A stretch of 63,073 nucleotides of DNA, the filler included, from Octopus bimaculoides (Eukaryota): NCBI RefSeq assembly GCF_001194135.2. It is 5 parts of 5 records of this genome, joined end to end, with 100 filler letters (N's around TTAATTAATTAA, not from the genome) between each part and the next. Parts side by side here need not be neighbours in the genome. Positions count along the whole stretch, not along the records: positions 16,692 to 38,239 come from NC_069008.1; positions 38,340 to 53,325 come from NC_068997.1; 3 more parts are not named here. The stretch is one strand, 5' to 3'. The translations under genes were made by a program, and so were the position numbers. Below, one piece after another: positions 26,831-38,970 of the stretch. Every line of letters starts with the position of its first letter. Positions within the stretch are counted from its first letter, which is position 1. The notes under the pieces are model-generated. The model did no database searches. It worked only from the letters and a program-made list of their open reading frames with translations, and was not told the DNA's origin.

Positions 26831-27950
26831 ACATAGGTATGCAGTGTATCTGAGAAAGAGGGGAGAGAGAGGGAGAGAGAGAGAGAGAGAACATTGCAAA
26901 CAATGAACGAAGTAAACATGAAATGAAAAGATCGTATAAATAAAAGGGCATCACTACATATGTATACACCCACCGACTTTGTTGCCTCATAGCATCCAGA
27001 AAAATGGATAATTTTAAACAAACGTTTCTACAAATACCGCTTAGATGTTGTGGCTTCAGAGTATAAAGGGATTTATAGGAAAGAATTTTTCTGAAGAGGG
27101 AGGGAGAAGTTTCGGAAAAGTTACATGATCCGACTTTTTTCCCTCATATCTTTCAGGAAGATGAGTATCTTTCAATAAAAATTTATACAAATCCTTTTCA
27201 AACAGCATAGATTACGAGTATAAAGAAATTTTGGGTGGGGGGGAAGTTTTTTTGGGATTTTCCCCATATTTTTTAAACCACAGCCTTTGAAATGATGTGT
27301 TTGGGGTAGGGTGGGGGCATCTCTGTGTGAAAAATATTTCGAAAGCATTTTTTTTACACCCCGCTCCTTCATCATCCCACTCCAGACCTATTTGGGCCAA
27401 TTTATTAACTTATTAANNNNNNNNNNNNNNNNNNNNNNNNNNNNNNNNNNNNNNNNNNNNNNNNNNNNNNNNNNNNNNNNNNNNNNNNNNNNNNNNNNNN
27501 NNNNNNNNNNNNNNNNNNNNNNNNNNNNNNNNNNNNNNNNNNNNNNNNNNNNNNNNNNNNNNNNNNNNNNNNNNNNNNNNNNNNNNNNNNNNNNNNNNNN
27601 NNNNNNNNNNNNNNNNNNNNNNNNNNNNNNNNNNNNNNNNNNNNNNNNNNNNNNNNNNNNNNNNNNNNNNNNNNNNNNNNNNNNNNNNNNNNNNNNNNNN
27701 NNNNNNNNNNNNNNNNNNNNNNNNNNNNNNNNNNNNNNNNNNNNNNNNNNNNNNNNNNNNNNNNNNNNNNNNNNNNNNNNNNNNNNNNNNNNNNNNNNNN
27801 NNNNNNNNNNNNNNNNNNNNNNNNNNNNNNNNNNNNNNNNNNNNNNNNNNNNNNNNNNNNNNNNNNNNNNNNNNNNNNNNNNNNNNNNNNNNNNNNNNNN
27901 NNNNNNNNNNNNNNNNNNNNNNNNNNNNNNNNNNNNNNNNNNNNNNNNNN

Positions 27951-27952
27951 AT

Positions 27953-27988
<36 letters not shown>

Positions 27989-28212
27989 ATATGTTTGTGT
28001 GTCTGTGTTTGTCCCCCCCAACATCGCTTGACAACCGATGCTGGTGTGTTTATGTCCCCGTAACTTAGCGGTTCGGCAAAAGAAACCGATAGAATAAGTA
28101 CTAGACTTCCAAAGAATAAGTCCTGGGGTCGATTTGCTCGACTAAAGGCGGTGCTCCAGCATGGCCACAGTCAAAAGACTGAAACAAGTAAAAGAGCAAA
28201 AGAGTAAAGAGT
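27951..28212 (+). mobile_element. Family A SINE, 3' half
   Basis: Family tail immediately after an N gap. Confidence 0.85.
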
Positions 28213-28703
28213 ATACATTAAGTATGTTACACAGATTTAGATTTTTACATTACAGCCTCTTCTACTGCATAGTTTGAATTTTATTCAGTCCTTGTGGAAT
28301 TGTTGCAAATCAGTGTATAGTTTATACACTACCTTTATATATTTCGGTTTGGTTGGTATTTATTAGGGGTCTTCTATAAGTATGAAGCTGTAAACCTTAA
28401 TTTGCTATTTATATACAACGACCAAGAAGAACTCTTCTAAAACGGAGTTTATTTTAATGAAATACCTTTTGAAATCCCTGAGGAGATACATCTACATTGA
28501 TAGACACACCTAAACCGGATGTTCAGCATCCCACCTGCGAGAGATCGATGCTAGATGGGTCGAAACAACTATAGTGATCAATAAAGATTCTCGTATCTTC
28601 CATCTTCTGTTTCTCTTGTTAACCAAATACCCAATGAACACTGGGCCACTGAATGTGCTTTATCGACAAATTACCGACTGTAAACCATACGATTTTTTTA
28701 ACT

Positions 28704-29546
28704 AGGCGTGGCTGTGTGGTAAGAAGCTTGCTTCTCAAACACATGGTGCTGGGGTCAGTCCCACTGTGTGGCACCTTGGGCAAGTGTCTTCTACAATAGC
28801 CTTGGGCCAACCAAAGCCTTGTGAGAGGATTTGGTAGACGGAAACTGAAAGAAGATCGTCATANNNNNNNNNNNNNNNNNNNNNNNNNNNNNNNNNNNNN
28901 NNNNNNNNNNNNNNNNNNNNNNNNNNNNNNNNNNNNNNNNNNNNNNNNNNNNNNNNNNNNNNNNNNNNNNNNNNNNNNNNNNNNNNNNNNNNNNNNNNNN
29001 NNNNNNNNNNNNNNNNNNNNNNNNNNNNNNNNNNNNNNNNNNNNNNNNNNNNNNNNNNNNNNNNNNNNNNNNNNNNNNNNNNNNNNNNNNNNNNNNNNNN
29101 NNNNNNNNNNNNNNNNNNNNNNNNNNNNNNNNNNNNNNNNNNNNNNNNNNNNNNNNNNNNNNNNNNNNNNNNNNNNNNNNNNNNNNNNNNNNNNNNNNNN
29201 NNNNNNNNNNNNNNNNNNNNNNNNNNNNNNNNNNNNNNNNNNNNNNNNNNNNNNNNNNNNNNNNNNNNNNNNNNNNNNNNNNNNNNNNNNNNNNNNNNNN
29301 NNNNNNNNNNNNNNNNNNNNNNNNNNNNNNNNNNNNNNNNNNNNNNNNNNNNNNNNNNNNNNNNNNNNNNNNNNNNNNNNNNNNNNNNNNNNNNNNNNNN
29401 NNNNNNNNNNNNNNNNNNNNNNNNNNNNNNNNNNNNNNNNNNNNNNNNNNNNNNNNNNNNNNNNNNNNNNNNNNNNNNNNNNNNNNNNNNNNNNNNNNNN
29501 NNNNNNNNNNNNNNNNNNNNNNNNNNNNNNNNNNNNNNNNNNNNNN

Positions 29547-29603
<57 letters not shown>

Positions 29604-29725
29604 GTATGTATATGTGTGTATGTATTTGTGTCTCTCGCGCACCATTGCTTGACAACCAATGCCCGTGTATTTACGTCCCCGTAACTTAGCGGTTCGGCAA
29701 AAGAGTCCGACAGAATAAGTACTCC
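28704..29725 (+). mobile_element. Family A SINE spanning an N gap, 3' truncated
   Basis: Head at 28704-28863; tail at 29620-29725, ending after gaataagtact. Confidence 0.75.
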
Positions 29726-29754
29726 GAGTTTCAAGTGCAATACTAATCCTCAGT

Positions 29755-29965
29755 CAATACAGTTCTATATTTAAGGGATGAGGAATTATGTGCATTATTT
29801 ACATTATTTACATTTGACAGATATTTGTCCTCATCTAGTTTGTTGTCAACACGTTTCGGCTGATATACCCACCAGCCTTTATCAGGTGTCTTGGGGGAAA
29901 TTTCAAACCTGAGTTCTCATTCCTAAGGTATTTTCGATGTTAGTATTATTATTATTATTATTATT
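29755..29965 (-). mobile_element. Penelope-like repeat copy with a degenerate hammerhead
   Basis: Same unit as the 18.8 kb array. The core is mutated to CTGATAA and a short deletion removes the NUH site. Confidence 0.65.
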
Positions 29966-30479
29966 GTTCGGGTCACTGCTTGGAATCGAACTTGGAATCT
30001 CAGGGTTAGTAGCCCGTGCTCTTAACCACTATACCATATGCCTATAGGCATAATCCTCAGTCATTGGAAATTCAAAATGTCTGAAGACTAGCGTCACGCT
30101 TGAAACTCAGAGTACCAACGAATTTGAATCAAACTGTTTTGATCCATACTTGTAACTCCCAATAAATTGGTTGAGTGCTCTTCTTTCGTTTGTCCACACA
30201 CACACCAATAGTAATAAAAACAACAGATACAGTGAATGTAAAATATACGAAATATTTTATTGGTCAGTAAATTATAAGAGAGGATAGTGGTATAAAGTAG
30301 ACACTGGTTTGTGAACGAGGACACTGGAATTGGGAGACAATGCTCGCAGACACCCGAGCGTAGACAGTTTTGGTGGCTGGTTGATGACACCGGACAGAAT
30401 ATCAAAGAGGGTACACGAATGGGACAGTGGTGGGAATACTTGAAGAGGACAGAATTTAGGGGACACCGGAGGGAAACAG

Positions 30480-31490
30480 ATCTGGAGAGATACTAGATGT
30501 GTACACTAGATAGGGCTGCTAATACAAGCCAGTGTTGAGAGATATAAGAAGGAGACAAGGGAGCAAAATTTGGGGGGCATGATACTGGAGGGAGTACACT
30601 GAAAGGGACCGTGTTAGGGATTGGGAGGGTACACTAGAGTGACAGTGTAGAGAGACACTAGAAGGAGAAAGGAGACATTAGTGGGTATACTTGAAGGGGA
30701 CATTAGAGGGGAACAGGGTGAGGTGGAGACTGGTGGGAAACACTGAAAAAAGACACTGGAGGGACAGTGTTGTGAAAGTAGACACAAAAGAGATTCAAGA
30801 GAAAACTGAGAGGGACAGCATTAGGGGACACTGAAGGTGGACAGCAGTGGAGGACACTAGAAATGTGACATTGATGTGCCACAGTATTGAGAATGCTACA
30901 GGGACAGTATTGGGGGACAATAAAGGGAAATATCTATTGTATTAGGGACCTCTAGAGGGACAGTATGCAGTGACACTAAAGAATTGATATTGGGAGACAT
31001 GGGAAAAGGGGCAGTATCAGAAATACTAAAAAACATGGGATGAGGACAGTAGAGAAGAATAGTAGGACAATTTTGGGGACACTAAAAGAGAAGGCTGTGT
31101 GGGATCAGTATATGGAGACATTAGAGGAAAAGTTTAAGGGGGGACATAAAAATGGGACAGTGTTGGAGATACTGATGTGTGACTGTGTGAAGGGATACTA
31201 GAGTAGGACAAGTTAGAGAGACACTGGGGGGATATAGATTGGGGAATATTACAGAGACTGTCTTGGGAGACAATGGAAGAGGACAGTTTTAAAGGGCTTT
31301 ATATGAACATGGTTTCAGAGACACAAGAGGGAGACAGCATTTTTGCGGGACAGTGGAAGGGAGCAATGTTGGAGACATTAGTGGAGGGTCAATGTTTGAG
31401 GACACTGAAAAGGGACAGCAGTTGAATCTGAACTGGAGTATGGACAATTCAGGGGACAATAGAGGACATTTTAAGGAGATGCTGGCTGGA
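30480..31490 (+). repeat. Degenerate purine-rich minisatellite
   Basis: GGGACAGT, GGAGACA and GACACTAGA/G motifs recur every 10-20 bp for about 1 kb. Confidence 0.6.
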
Positions 31491-31714
31491 CACGAGACCA
31501 TCTTGGTTGACCTGTAAGAGAGAGAGAGAAAGAAAGAAAGAGCGTGAGTATGTGTGTAATAATAAGTATGAGAGAGAGAGAGAGAGAGAGTATGAGTGGA
31601 GATGATGAGTGAAGATGTAGAGGAAGTTTCTGAGTGAGAGTGTAAGCAAGTGTATGCATATATACAGACATACATATATAAATATGTATAAACACATGTA
31701 TGTATTCATATATA

Positions 31715-32000
31715 TCATCATCATCATCATTATCATCATCGTCATCGTCATCATCATCATCATCATCATCACCAATGTCAACAACATTTAATGTCTGTTT
31801 TCCATGCTGGCATAGGTTGGATGGCTTGACAGGAACTGGTAAGCCCAGGAGGCCTCCCCAGGATTCCATAGTCTTGGTTTCAACAGACGGATGCCCTTCC
31901 TGATGCCAACCACTCTGTAGAGTATGCTTTTATATGGCACCATCACCAGTGCCTTTTATGTGGCACCAACACCCACGCCAACACTTTTTATGTGACACCT
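31715..32000 (-). mobile_element. SINE/LINE 3' tail carrying the GGAAGGGCATCC motif and a (GAT)n end
   Basis: Reverse complement: agagtggttggcatcaggaagggcatcc...ccaacctatgccagcatggaaaacagacattaaa...(gat)n. Confidence 0.6.
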
Positions 32001-32149
32001 TGGAATGTATATACGTATGTATGTATTACTGTATGTATATATGCATGTATGTATGTATGTATGTGTGAAAATATGCATGCATGCATGTATATACACATAG
32101 CATAAATATGTGTGTATGTGAGTGTGTATTACATTTATATAAATATATA

Positions 32150-32560
32150 GACGTAGGAGTGGCTGTGTGGAAAGTAGCTTGCTTACCAACCACATGGTTC
32201 CGGGTTCAGTCCCACTGCATGGCACCTTGGGCAAGTGTCTTCTACTATAGCCTCGGGCCGACCAAAGCCTTGTGAGTGGATTTGGTAGACGGAAACTGAA
32301 AGAAGCTCGTTGTATATATGTATATGTATATATGTGTGTGTGTATATGTTTGTGTTTCTGTGTTTGTCCCCCCAACATAGCTTGACAACTGATGATGGTA
32401 TGTTTATGTCCCCGTAAATTAGTGGTTCGACAAAAGAGACCGATAGAATAAGTACTAGGCTTACAAAGAATAAGTCCTGGGGTCGATTTGCTTGACTGAA
32501 GGCGGTGCTCCAACATGGCTACAGTCAAATGACTGAAACAAGAAGAAAAGGCAAAAGACA
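32150..32560 (+). mobile_element. Family A SINE, full length
   Basis: Head, CORE-like segment, linker and tail are all present. Confidence 0.9.
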
Positions 32561-32569
32561 AATGATATA

Positions 32570-32712
32570 TTCTTTTCTACTCTAGGTACAAGGTCCGAAA
32601 TATTTGGGGAGTGGGCCAGTCGATTAGATTGACCCCAGTACGCAACTGGTACTTAATTTATCGACCCCGAAAGGGATGAAAGGCAAAGTCGAACTCGGCG
32701 GAATTTGAACTC
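32570..32712 (-). mobile_element. Family B SINE-like repeat
   Basis: Reverse complement of gagttcaaattccgccgagttcgactttgcctttcatcc...gggtcgataaattaagtaccag. Confidence 0.75.
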
Positions 32713-32816
32713 AGAAGACAAAATACATATTACATAAAGCAAGTGCGCATGTGCGCATGTGCACGTGTGTGTGTGTGTGTATACATAGGACTTGAACTTA
32801 CATAAACATTAAAATG

Positions 32817-32848
<32 letters not shown>

Positions 32849-32849
<1 letters not shown>

Positions 32850-32922
32850 TAGTTTTCGGTGTCAGCGTCATCGTTCTCAGGGCTGTCCTCCTCCTTGTCT
32901 TCGCTGCCATCTTCAGTGGGTT
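32849..32922 (-). CDS. Terminal coding exon of the same acidic protein
   Basis: Acceptor ctttccttatactttcag, phase 1. It joins the 37146 donor in frame (G+AA=Glu) to give EPTEDGSEDKEEDSPENDDADTEN*, with the same acidic composition. Confidence 0.8.
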
Positions 32923-33003
32923 CTGAAAGTATAAGGAAAGAACACACATTGTAAGTGGGACCCAGGGTGGGAGTCGGACCAATGGTGACATTTGAACATC
33001 ATC

Positions 33004-33037
<34 letters not shown>

Positions 33038-33059
33038 GTAACAATTAAGTGCAGGCATC

Positions 33060-33455
33060 TTCTTTTATTTTCCAGTCATTTGACTGTGGCCATGCTGGAG
33101 CACCACCTTGAAAGAAGGGCTTTAGTGAAACAAACTGACCCCAGGGCATATTTCTGAAGCCTTGTAATTATTCTATTGGTCCCTTTTCACTGAACCGCTA
33201 GGTTACGGGGATGTAAACACACCAACACCAGTTGTCAAAGTGTGAGGGCCAACAAACACATACACAAAGACACACACATATATATATATATATACACACG
33301 ACAGGCTTCTTTCAGTTTCTGGTTACCAATTCCATTCACAAGGTTTTGGTCAGCCTGAGACTATAGTAGAAGACATTTAGCCAAAGTGCCATGCAGTGGG
33401 ACTGAACCTGGAACCATGTGGTTGGGAAGCAAGCTTTTTATCACATAGCCACACC
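33060..33455 (-). mobile_element. Family A SINE, full length
   Basis: Reverse-complement copy with all segments. Confidence 0.85.
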
Positions 33456-33824
33456 TATGTATATATAGGTATATAAATATGTAACATATAGTATAATCAT
33501 AAACAGGGCAAATTGCAGACTGCAAAAAAATTACAAACAACCTGAACTGATTTTTGAACCTTATTGGGTTCTCATCAGAGGCATCCACATCATTCTGAAA
33601 GTCTCCAGAGACACAAGCAGCTAAACTGTTTATATACTCAACAAATGCAGTAGTTACTCTATGAAGGAGTCCCAAACACTCTATAAATACCAGTGGTCTA
33701 TCAACGGGGATCTTAGTCCGCACAGTATCAAGGTATGCCATAGTATATACGTAACACAGGGTATAATTATAAACAGGGCAAATTTTAGCCATTTCTCTGC
33801 AGATTTGAAAAATAATAGACATAC

Positions 33825-33996
33825 AGGTGCAGGAGTGGCCGTGTGGTAAGTAGCTTGCTTACCAACCACATGGTTCCGGGTTCAGTCCCACTACGTGGCA
33901 TCTTGGGCAAGTGTCTTCTACTATAGCCTCGGGCTGACCAAAGCATTGTGAGTGGATTTGGTAGATGGAAACTGAAAGAAGCCCGTCGTATATTTG

Positions 33997-34029
<33 letters not shown>

Positions 34030-34233
34030 ATGTTTGTGTATCTGTGTTTGTCCCCCTAACATTGACAACCGAGGCTGGTGTGTTTATGTCTCCATAACTT
34101 AGCGGTTCAGCAAAAGAGACTGATAGAATAAGTACAAGGCTTACAAAGTATAAGTCCCGGGGTCAATTTGCTCGACTAAAGGTGGTGCTCCAGCATGGCC
34201 GCAGTCTAATGACTGAAACAAGTAAAAAAGTAA
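33825..34233 (+). mobile_element. Family A SINE, full length
   Basis: All segments present. Confidence 0.9.
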
Positions 34234-34639
34234 ANNNNNNNNNNNNNNNNNNNNNNNNNNNNNNNNNNNNNNNNNNNNNNNNNNNNNNNNNNNNNNNNNN
34301 NNNNNNNNNNNNNNNNNNNNNNNNNNNNNNNNNNNNNNNNNNNNNNNNNNNNNNNNNNNNNNNNNNNNNNNNNNNNNNNNNNNNNNNNNNNNNNNNNNNN
34401 NNNNNNNNNNNNNNNNNNNNNNNNNNNNNNNNNNNNNNNNNNNNNNNNNNNNNNNNNNNNNNNNNNNNNNNNNNATATATATACTTTGTTTATATCATCG
34501 TTTGAAAAAATAAGTATTCTTGTATTTTTTTATTATTCAATTGACTTTTAATGATAATTAAATAAACGTTCTTAGTCTTGAATAGTCTAGCTTTAACTAT
34601 TGCACCGGTTAAATATGTGTTAATATTATCTTTATTATT

Positions 34640-35103
34640 ATTTTAACCTTAAACTTCGTTCAAATTGTATTTAAAACGAAAAAAAAAATTATTTAAGTTG
34701 GTTTTTGTATATAATATGCCTCTTAGCATATATTATAATGGATGTAGGGTTGATTATGGAATGTTTATTATTTTGATATTTTTAATAATATTTTTCTATC
34801 TTTATACAATAAGTATTTTATATAAATTCATTTGGTACTTATTGTTGGTTGATATATACATTTATTTATTATTATTATTGTTGTATTTTGACCTGAAGAT
34901 TAGCTATATTTTTTAATAGAATTGATTTTCGACAGTTTTAATCGATTTTAATCAATTTATATTTCCTTTCTATTTGAAAATTAGTTATGAAACATGTGTA
35001 GTCATTTTATTATCTTTATCTTATGATATTTACTTTGTATTATATTATACTTATTTATTGTGCTTTTACTTATTAATTTCTTTATATGTAACAGTGGATT
35101 TTC
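34640..35103 (-). repeat. Inverted copy of the AT-rich repeat at 21.2-21.66 kb
   Basis: Direct visual alignment of the reverse complement. Confidence 0.8.
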
Positions 35104-36257
35104 NNNNNNNNNNNNNNNNNNNNNNNNNNNNNNNNNNNNNNNNNNNNNNNNNNNNNNNNNNNNNNNNNNNNNNNNNNNNNNNNNNNNNNNNNNNNNNNNN
35201 NNNNNNNNNNNNNNNNNNNNNNNNNNNNNNNNNNNNNNNNNNNNNNNNNNNNNNNNNNNNNNNNNNNNNNNNNNNNNNNNNNNNNNNNNNNNNNNNNNNN
35301 NNNNNNNNNNNNNNNNNNNNNNNNNNNNNNNNNNNNNNNNNNNNNNNNNNNNNNNNNNNNNNNNNNNNNNNNNNNNNNNNNNNNNNNNNNNNNNNNNNNN
35401 NNNNNNNNNNNNNNNNNNNNNNNNNNNNNNNNNNNNNNNNNNNNNNNNNNNNNNNNNNNNNNNNNNNNNNNNNNNNNNNNNNNNNNNNNNNTATATATAT
35501 AAGTGTTGTAAAGTGGTCTTTTGCCACTGTTGTACATGTCTTTTGACGACAGCTGCTGCTTTAACAGATATTTCCATATTCTGAAGTTGTCGATGGAATG
35601 GTTCTATCTGGCACTGTATGACCCCCATTGGTACAGTGTCATTACCCTCAAAAGGTTGGATCATTATAACGTCCACTCAGTGTCACAGTACAATTACTAT
35701 ATCAGCACAGACACAACTATCTACGCAGTCTACACGTACTTTCGACCTTCTGTTATCAACCGCCAACTGGTATATTTATAATGGCTGGCTACTACCACTT
35801 TTTACCGGGAAGGGTGTACAGTTTCACTATACAGCAATAATTAAACCAAGGATATAAATCCACTTAAAGGGATGTCAGCATCCAAGTTCCCAGGTTATAG
35901 TATATCAATGAAAAACCAAAGATGTTAGCTTCGCATTGATGGATATGGGTATACTATTTTCATTTTCTTATGTATGAGAAAAAGAAAATGGAGAAACTGA
36001 CATATAGATATCAATTTATTAGAACCTAATACAATTCTGAACAATATCGAACCCAATTTCACCTACAATCATTCTCGTCGTAATTAAATGAATTTGAGAA
36101 ATTAAATTAAATTTCCATGTTGAATATCGCCAATTGAGTATTTCTTCAGGGGAAGAATTTGCTAGAAAGGAGCTACATTCCGTTGTTTGACCCTTGGTAG
36201 ACTCAGATACCTATCAAGGGCATGGAAACAATTGTAACTGAAACTGGGTTTGATATT

Positions 36258-36420
36258 ACAGTTCTATATTTAAGAGATGAGGAATTATGTACATTATTTA
36301 CATTATTTACATTTGATGGATATTTGACTTCATCTTGTTTGTTGTTTACACAGTGTTTCGGCTGAGGACAAAAGTCCGTCAAATGTAAATAATTCCTCGT
36401 CTATTAAATATAGAACTGAA

Positions 36421-36467
<47 letters not shown>

Positions 36468-36635
36468 ATAATAATAATAATGATAACATCAAAAAATACC
36501 TTAGGAATGAGAACCCAGGTTCGAAATTTCCCCAAGACACCTGACGAAGGCTGGAGGGTATATCAGCCGAAACGTTGTGTTAACAACAAACAAGATGAGG
36601 ACAAATATCCGTCAAATGTAAATAATGTAAATAGT
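36258..36635. mobile_element. Penelope-like repeat: truncated inverted piece plus a full plus-strand copy
   Basis: 36260-36365 is the minus-strand 3' part of the unit. It is followed by a short plus piece, (TAC)n(TAA)n, and a full copy at 36484-36632. Confidence 0.7.
36536..36581 (+). ncRNA. Minimal type I hammerhead ribozyme (CUGACGA core)
   Basis: GACAC-CTGACGA-A-GGCTG..CAGCC-GAAACGTT-GTGTT; same family as 19492-19537. Confidence 0.75.
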
Positions 36636-36919
36636 GGAAATAATAATACATTTCTAAATCTCTCAGAGAGATTTATGTAGTAGTGATACGTTGAAGTAGT
36701 TGTATGCTGTCAACTTAATGTGACAGTCCCATGAAGGGAATAATACTACTGTTGGCTAGACCTAAGAAGTTGCACCGCTTCCTGTTGGCCTTGACACATT
36801 TCCTGTGTCCTTATGTTTACAAGGGGGAGACAAGCACCTCCACTTAGCTAAGCCTGCATCCAGAGACATGTTTCTGAGACTGATGATGAGCAAAGGCCCG
36901 AAGTTTTAGTAGTAGATAC

Positions 36920-37000
36920 TTGCCTGAAGTGACATGCAGTGGGACTGAATTCAAAACTGTGTGGTTGGAAAGCAAACTTCTTCCCACACAGCCATGCCTT
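36920..37000 (-). mobile_element. Family A SINE head fragment
   Basis: Reverse complement: ggcatggctgtgtgggaagaagtttgctttccaaccacacag...tcagtcccactgcatg. Confidence 0.65.
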
Positions 37001-37145
37001 CATCTGATAGTTTACATTTTAGAATGACATTGTAGGACAGGTGCGAGAAGCTGGATCTAGCCAGTTTGAACATAAAATATGGTTGGCTCAAATTCTAAAA
37101 GAGTTAAATAAAAATTGATTTGAGAAGAACGAGATGTCAACGTAC

Positions 37146-37811
37146 CTTCTGTCTTTTTGTCGTCTGTGTGTTCTGTGTTTGAGTCTGGCGATGTAGCACG
37201 GGGGGGAGTGGGGACTTTATCATCATCATCACCATCAGGGAGACTAACAATTGTCTCTCCAGTTTCCTCTTTTGTATCACCTGTGTGTTCCTCCTCAGCT
37301 GTTTCAATGGCTGCCGTTTCAGTGGATGCTGTTTCAGTAGCTGCCATATCTGTCGTGTCTGTGTCATCAACAGCCTGGATTGCGTCCTCAGAGGGAGCTT
37401 CCACAGCACCAGTGTCGGCGGCGGGGGCTGCTGCCTCTTCAGCTTCTTCTATTTTCTCTTCTTTCTCCTCCACCACTGCATCCTGTGTTTCTTCTGCTTC
37501 CTTCACCGGGGCAGACTCCTGGCTGGCCACCGCATCGGCAACCACTGCTGATTCGACTACCTCTGCTACCTTCTCCTCTACCTTCTCCTCTACCTTATTC
37601 TCTCCAACTTCCTCTTTCGTCTTGTCATTTTCTCCACTTTCTGGCTCGGCTGCAAGCGTCTCGACAGCCGTTTCACTAGCTGCAGGCTCAGCAACTACAT
37701 CAGCTGCAGCGGCTTCAACTGGTGCTGCCTCAGCTACAGTCACAGCATCTACACCCTTTGCGACCTCCTCTACTGCATCATCTTTCAATGTATTGGTCGA
37801 TGCTGGTTGTG
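37146..37811 (-). CDS. 666-nt internal exon of an acidic Ala/Glu/Thr-rich disordered protein
   Basis: Acceptor ttttcccttttatttcttcttgcag and donor AGAAG|gtacgt. Phase 1-1 and open throughout (QPASTNTLKDDAVEEVAKG...KVPTPPRATSPDSNTEHTDDKKTE). GC-richer, non-repetitive sequence. Confidence 0.85.
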
Positions 37812-38152
37812 CTGCAAGAAGAAATAAAAGGGAAAAGTTAATAAAAAAAGAAATAAAAAGATGGTGGGTGGGTAGGAGGGGAGATATGTAACAGTTAAGA
37901 TTTAGGTTTAGGAGTTAAGCATTAATGTTTAAGCTTTAATGATAAGAATTTTTGAAAGTGTGTTCATATAGGTGTGCATGCATGTATGTATGTGTGTATG
38001 TATGTATGTATATGTGTATGTATGTATGTAGGTATGCCCCAATAATTATGTATGTATGTATGTATGTATGTATTATGTATGTGTGTGTGTGTGTGTATAT
38101 ATCTATATATGTATAAATATATCTATGTATGTATGTATGTATGTATTATGTA

Positions 38153-38183
<31 letters not shown>

Positions 38184-38769
38184 GTATAAATATATCTATG
38201 TATGTATGTATGTATGTATTATGTATGTGTGTGTGTGTGNNNNNNNNNNNNNNNNNNNNNNNNNNNNNNNNNNNNNNNNNNNNTTAATTAATTAANNNNN
38301 NNNNNNNNNNNNNNNNNNNNNNNNNNNNNNNNNNNNNNNATATATTTTTATACATATATATATACACATACACACAAATACATGTACATACACACACATA
38401 CACATGCACACATACCCATACACATACATACATATATACATACACATACACACACATACAGATACATACACAGACACACACATATATATATACACACACA
38501 CATATATATAACATGCGTTTTCTCCAATCCTTAAATTCTTAAATATACTCAAATACCCAAAATTTCAAGGAGTTCCTGCCTTAAAAACAGGAGCTAACCA
38601 CAGTTATTTTGTGTTCTTTGCTACATTGGTTTCTATTAACCCATTTATTCTATCAGAAGAATTTTTATTCATTAAGATAGAAGAAATACACATAATTATG
38701 TATATATATATCCGTACTAGGAAAATTATCAGTGTGCACATATGACATACATTGGTAAGATCTGTCATT

Positions 38770-38970
38770 TAGGTGCAGGTATGGCTTGCTGTGTGTTGGT
38801 GTGCTTACATCCCTGTAACTTAGTGGTTTGGCAAATGAGATCATCAAAATAATTATCAGGCTTAAAAAACAAAATGTTCTGGGATTGATTCAATTGGCTA
38901 AAAACTCTTCATGTTGGTGCCCCAGCATGACTGCAGTCTAATGACTGAGACAAGTAAAAGATAAAAGACA
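38770..38970 (+). mobile_element. Family A SINE 3' half, diverged
   Basis: ggtgtgcttacatccctgtaacttagtggtttggcaaa...ccccagcatgactgcagtctaatgactgagacaagtaaaag. Confidence 0.7.

Noticed and set aside
21620-27021. RSFV/RTNE-repeat ORFs up to 409 aa
   Set aside because: Translations of the AACG satellite, open in most frames on both strands, with no splice or codon evidence.
28530-28600. CTGCGAG...GGTCGAAAC hammerhead-like string
   Set aside because: The core lacks A6, there is no valid helix III or NUH site, and it is a single copy.
33361-33822. 153-aa minus ORF containing TKIPV
   Set aside because: It runs into SINE sequence, has no LC3 profile beyond a 4-residue coincidence, and lacks good splice sites.
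37157-37891. 244-aa Ser-rich plus-strand ORF
   Set aside because: Antisense shadow of the acidic exon; the splice signals support the minus strand.
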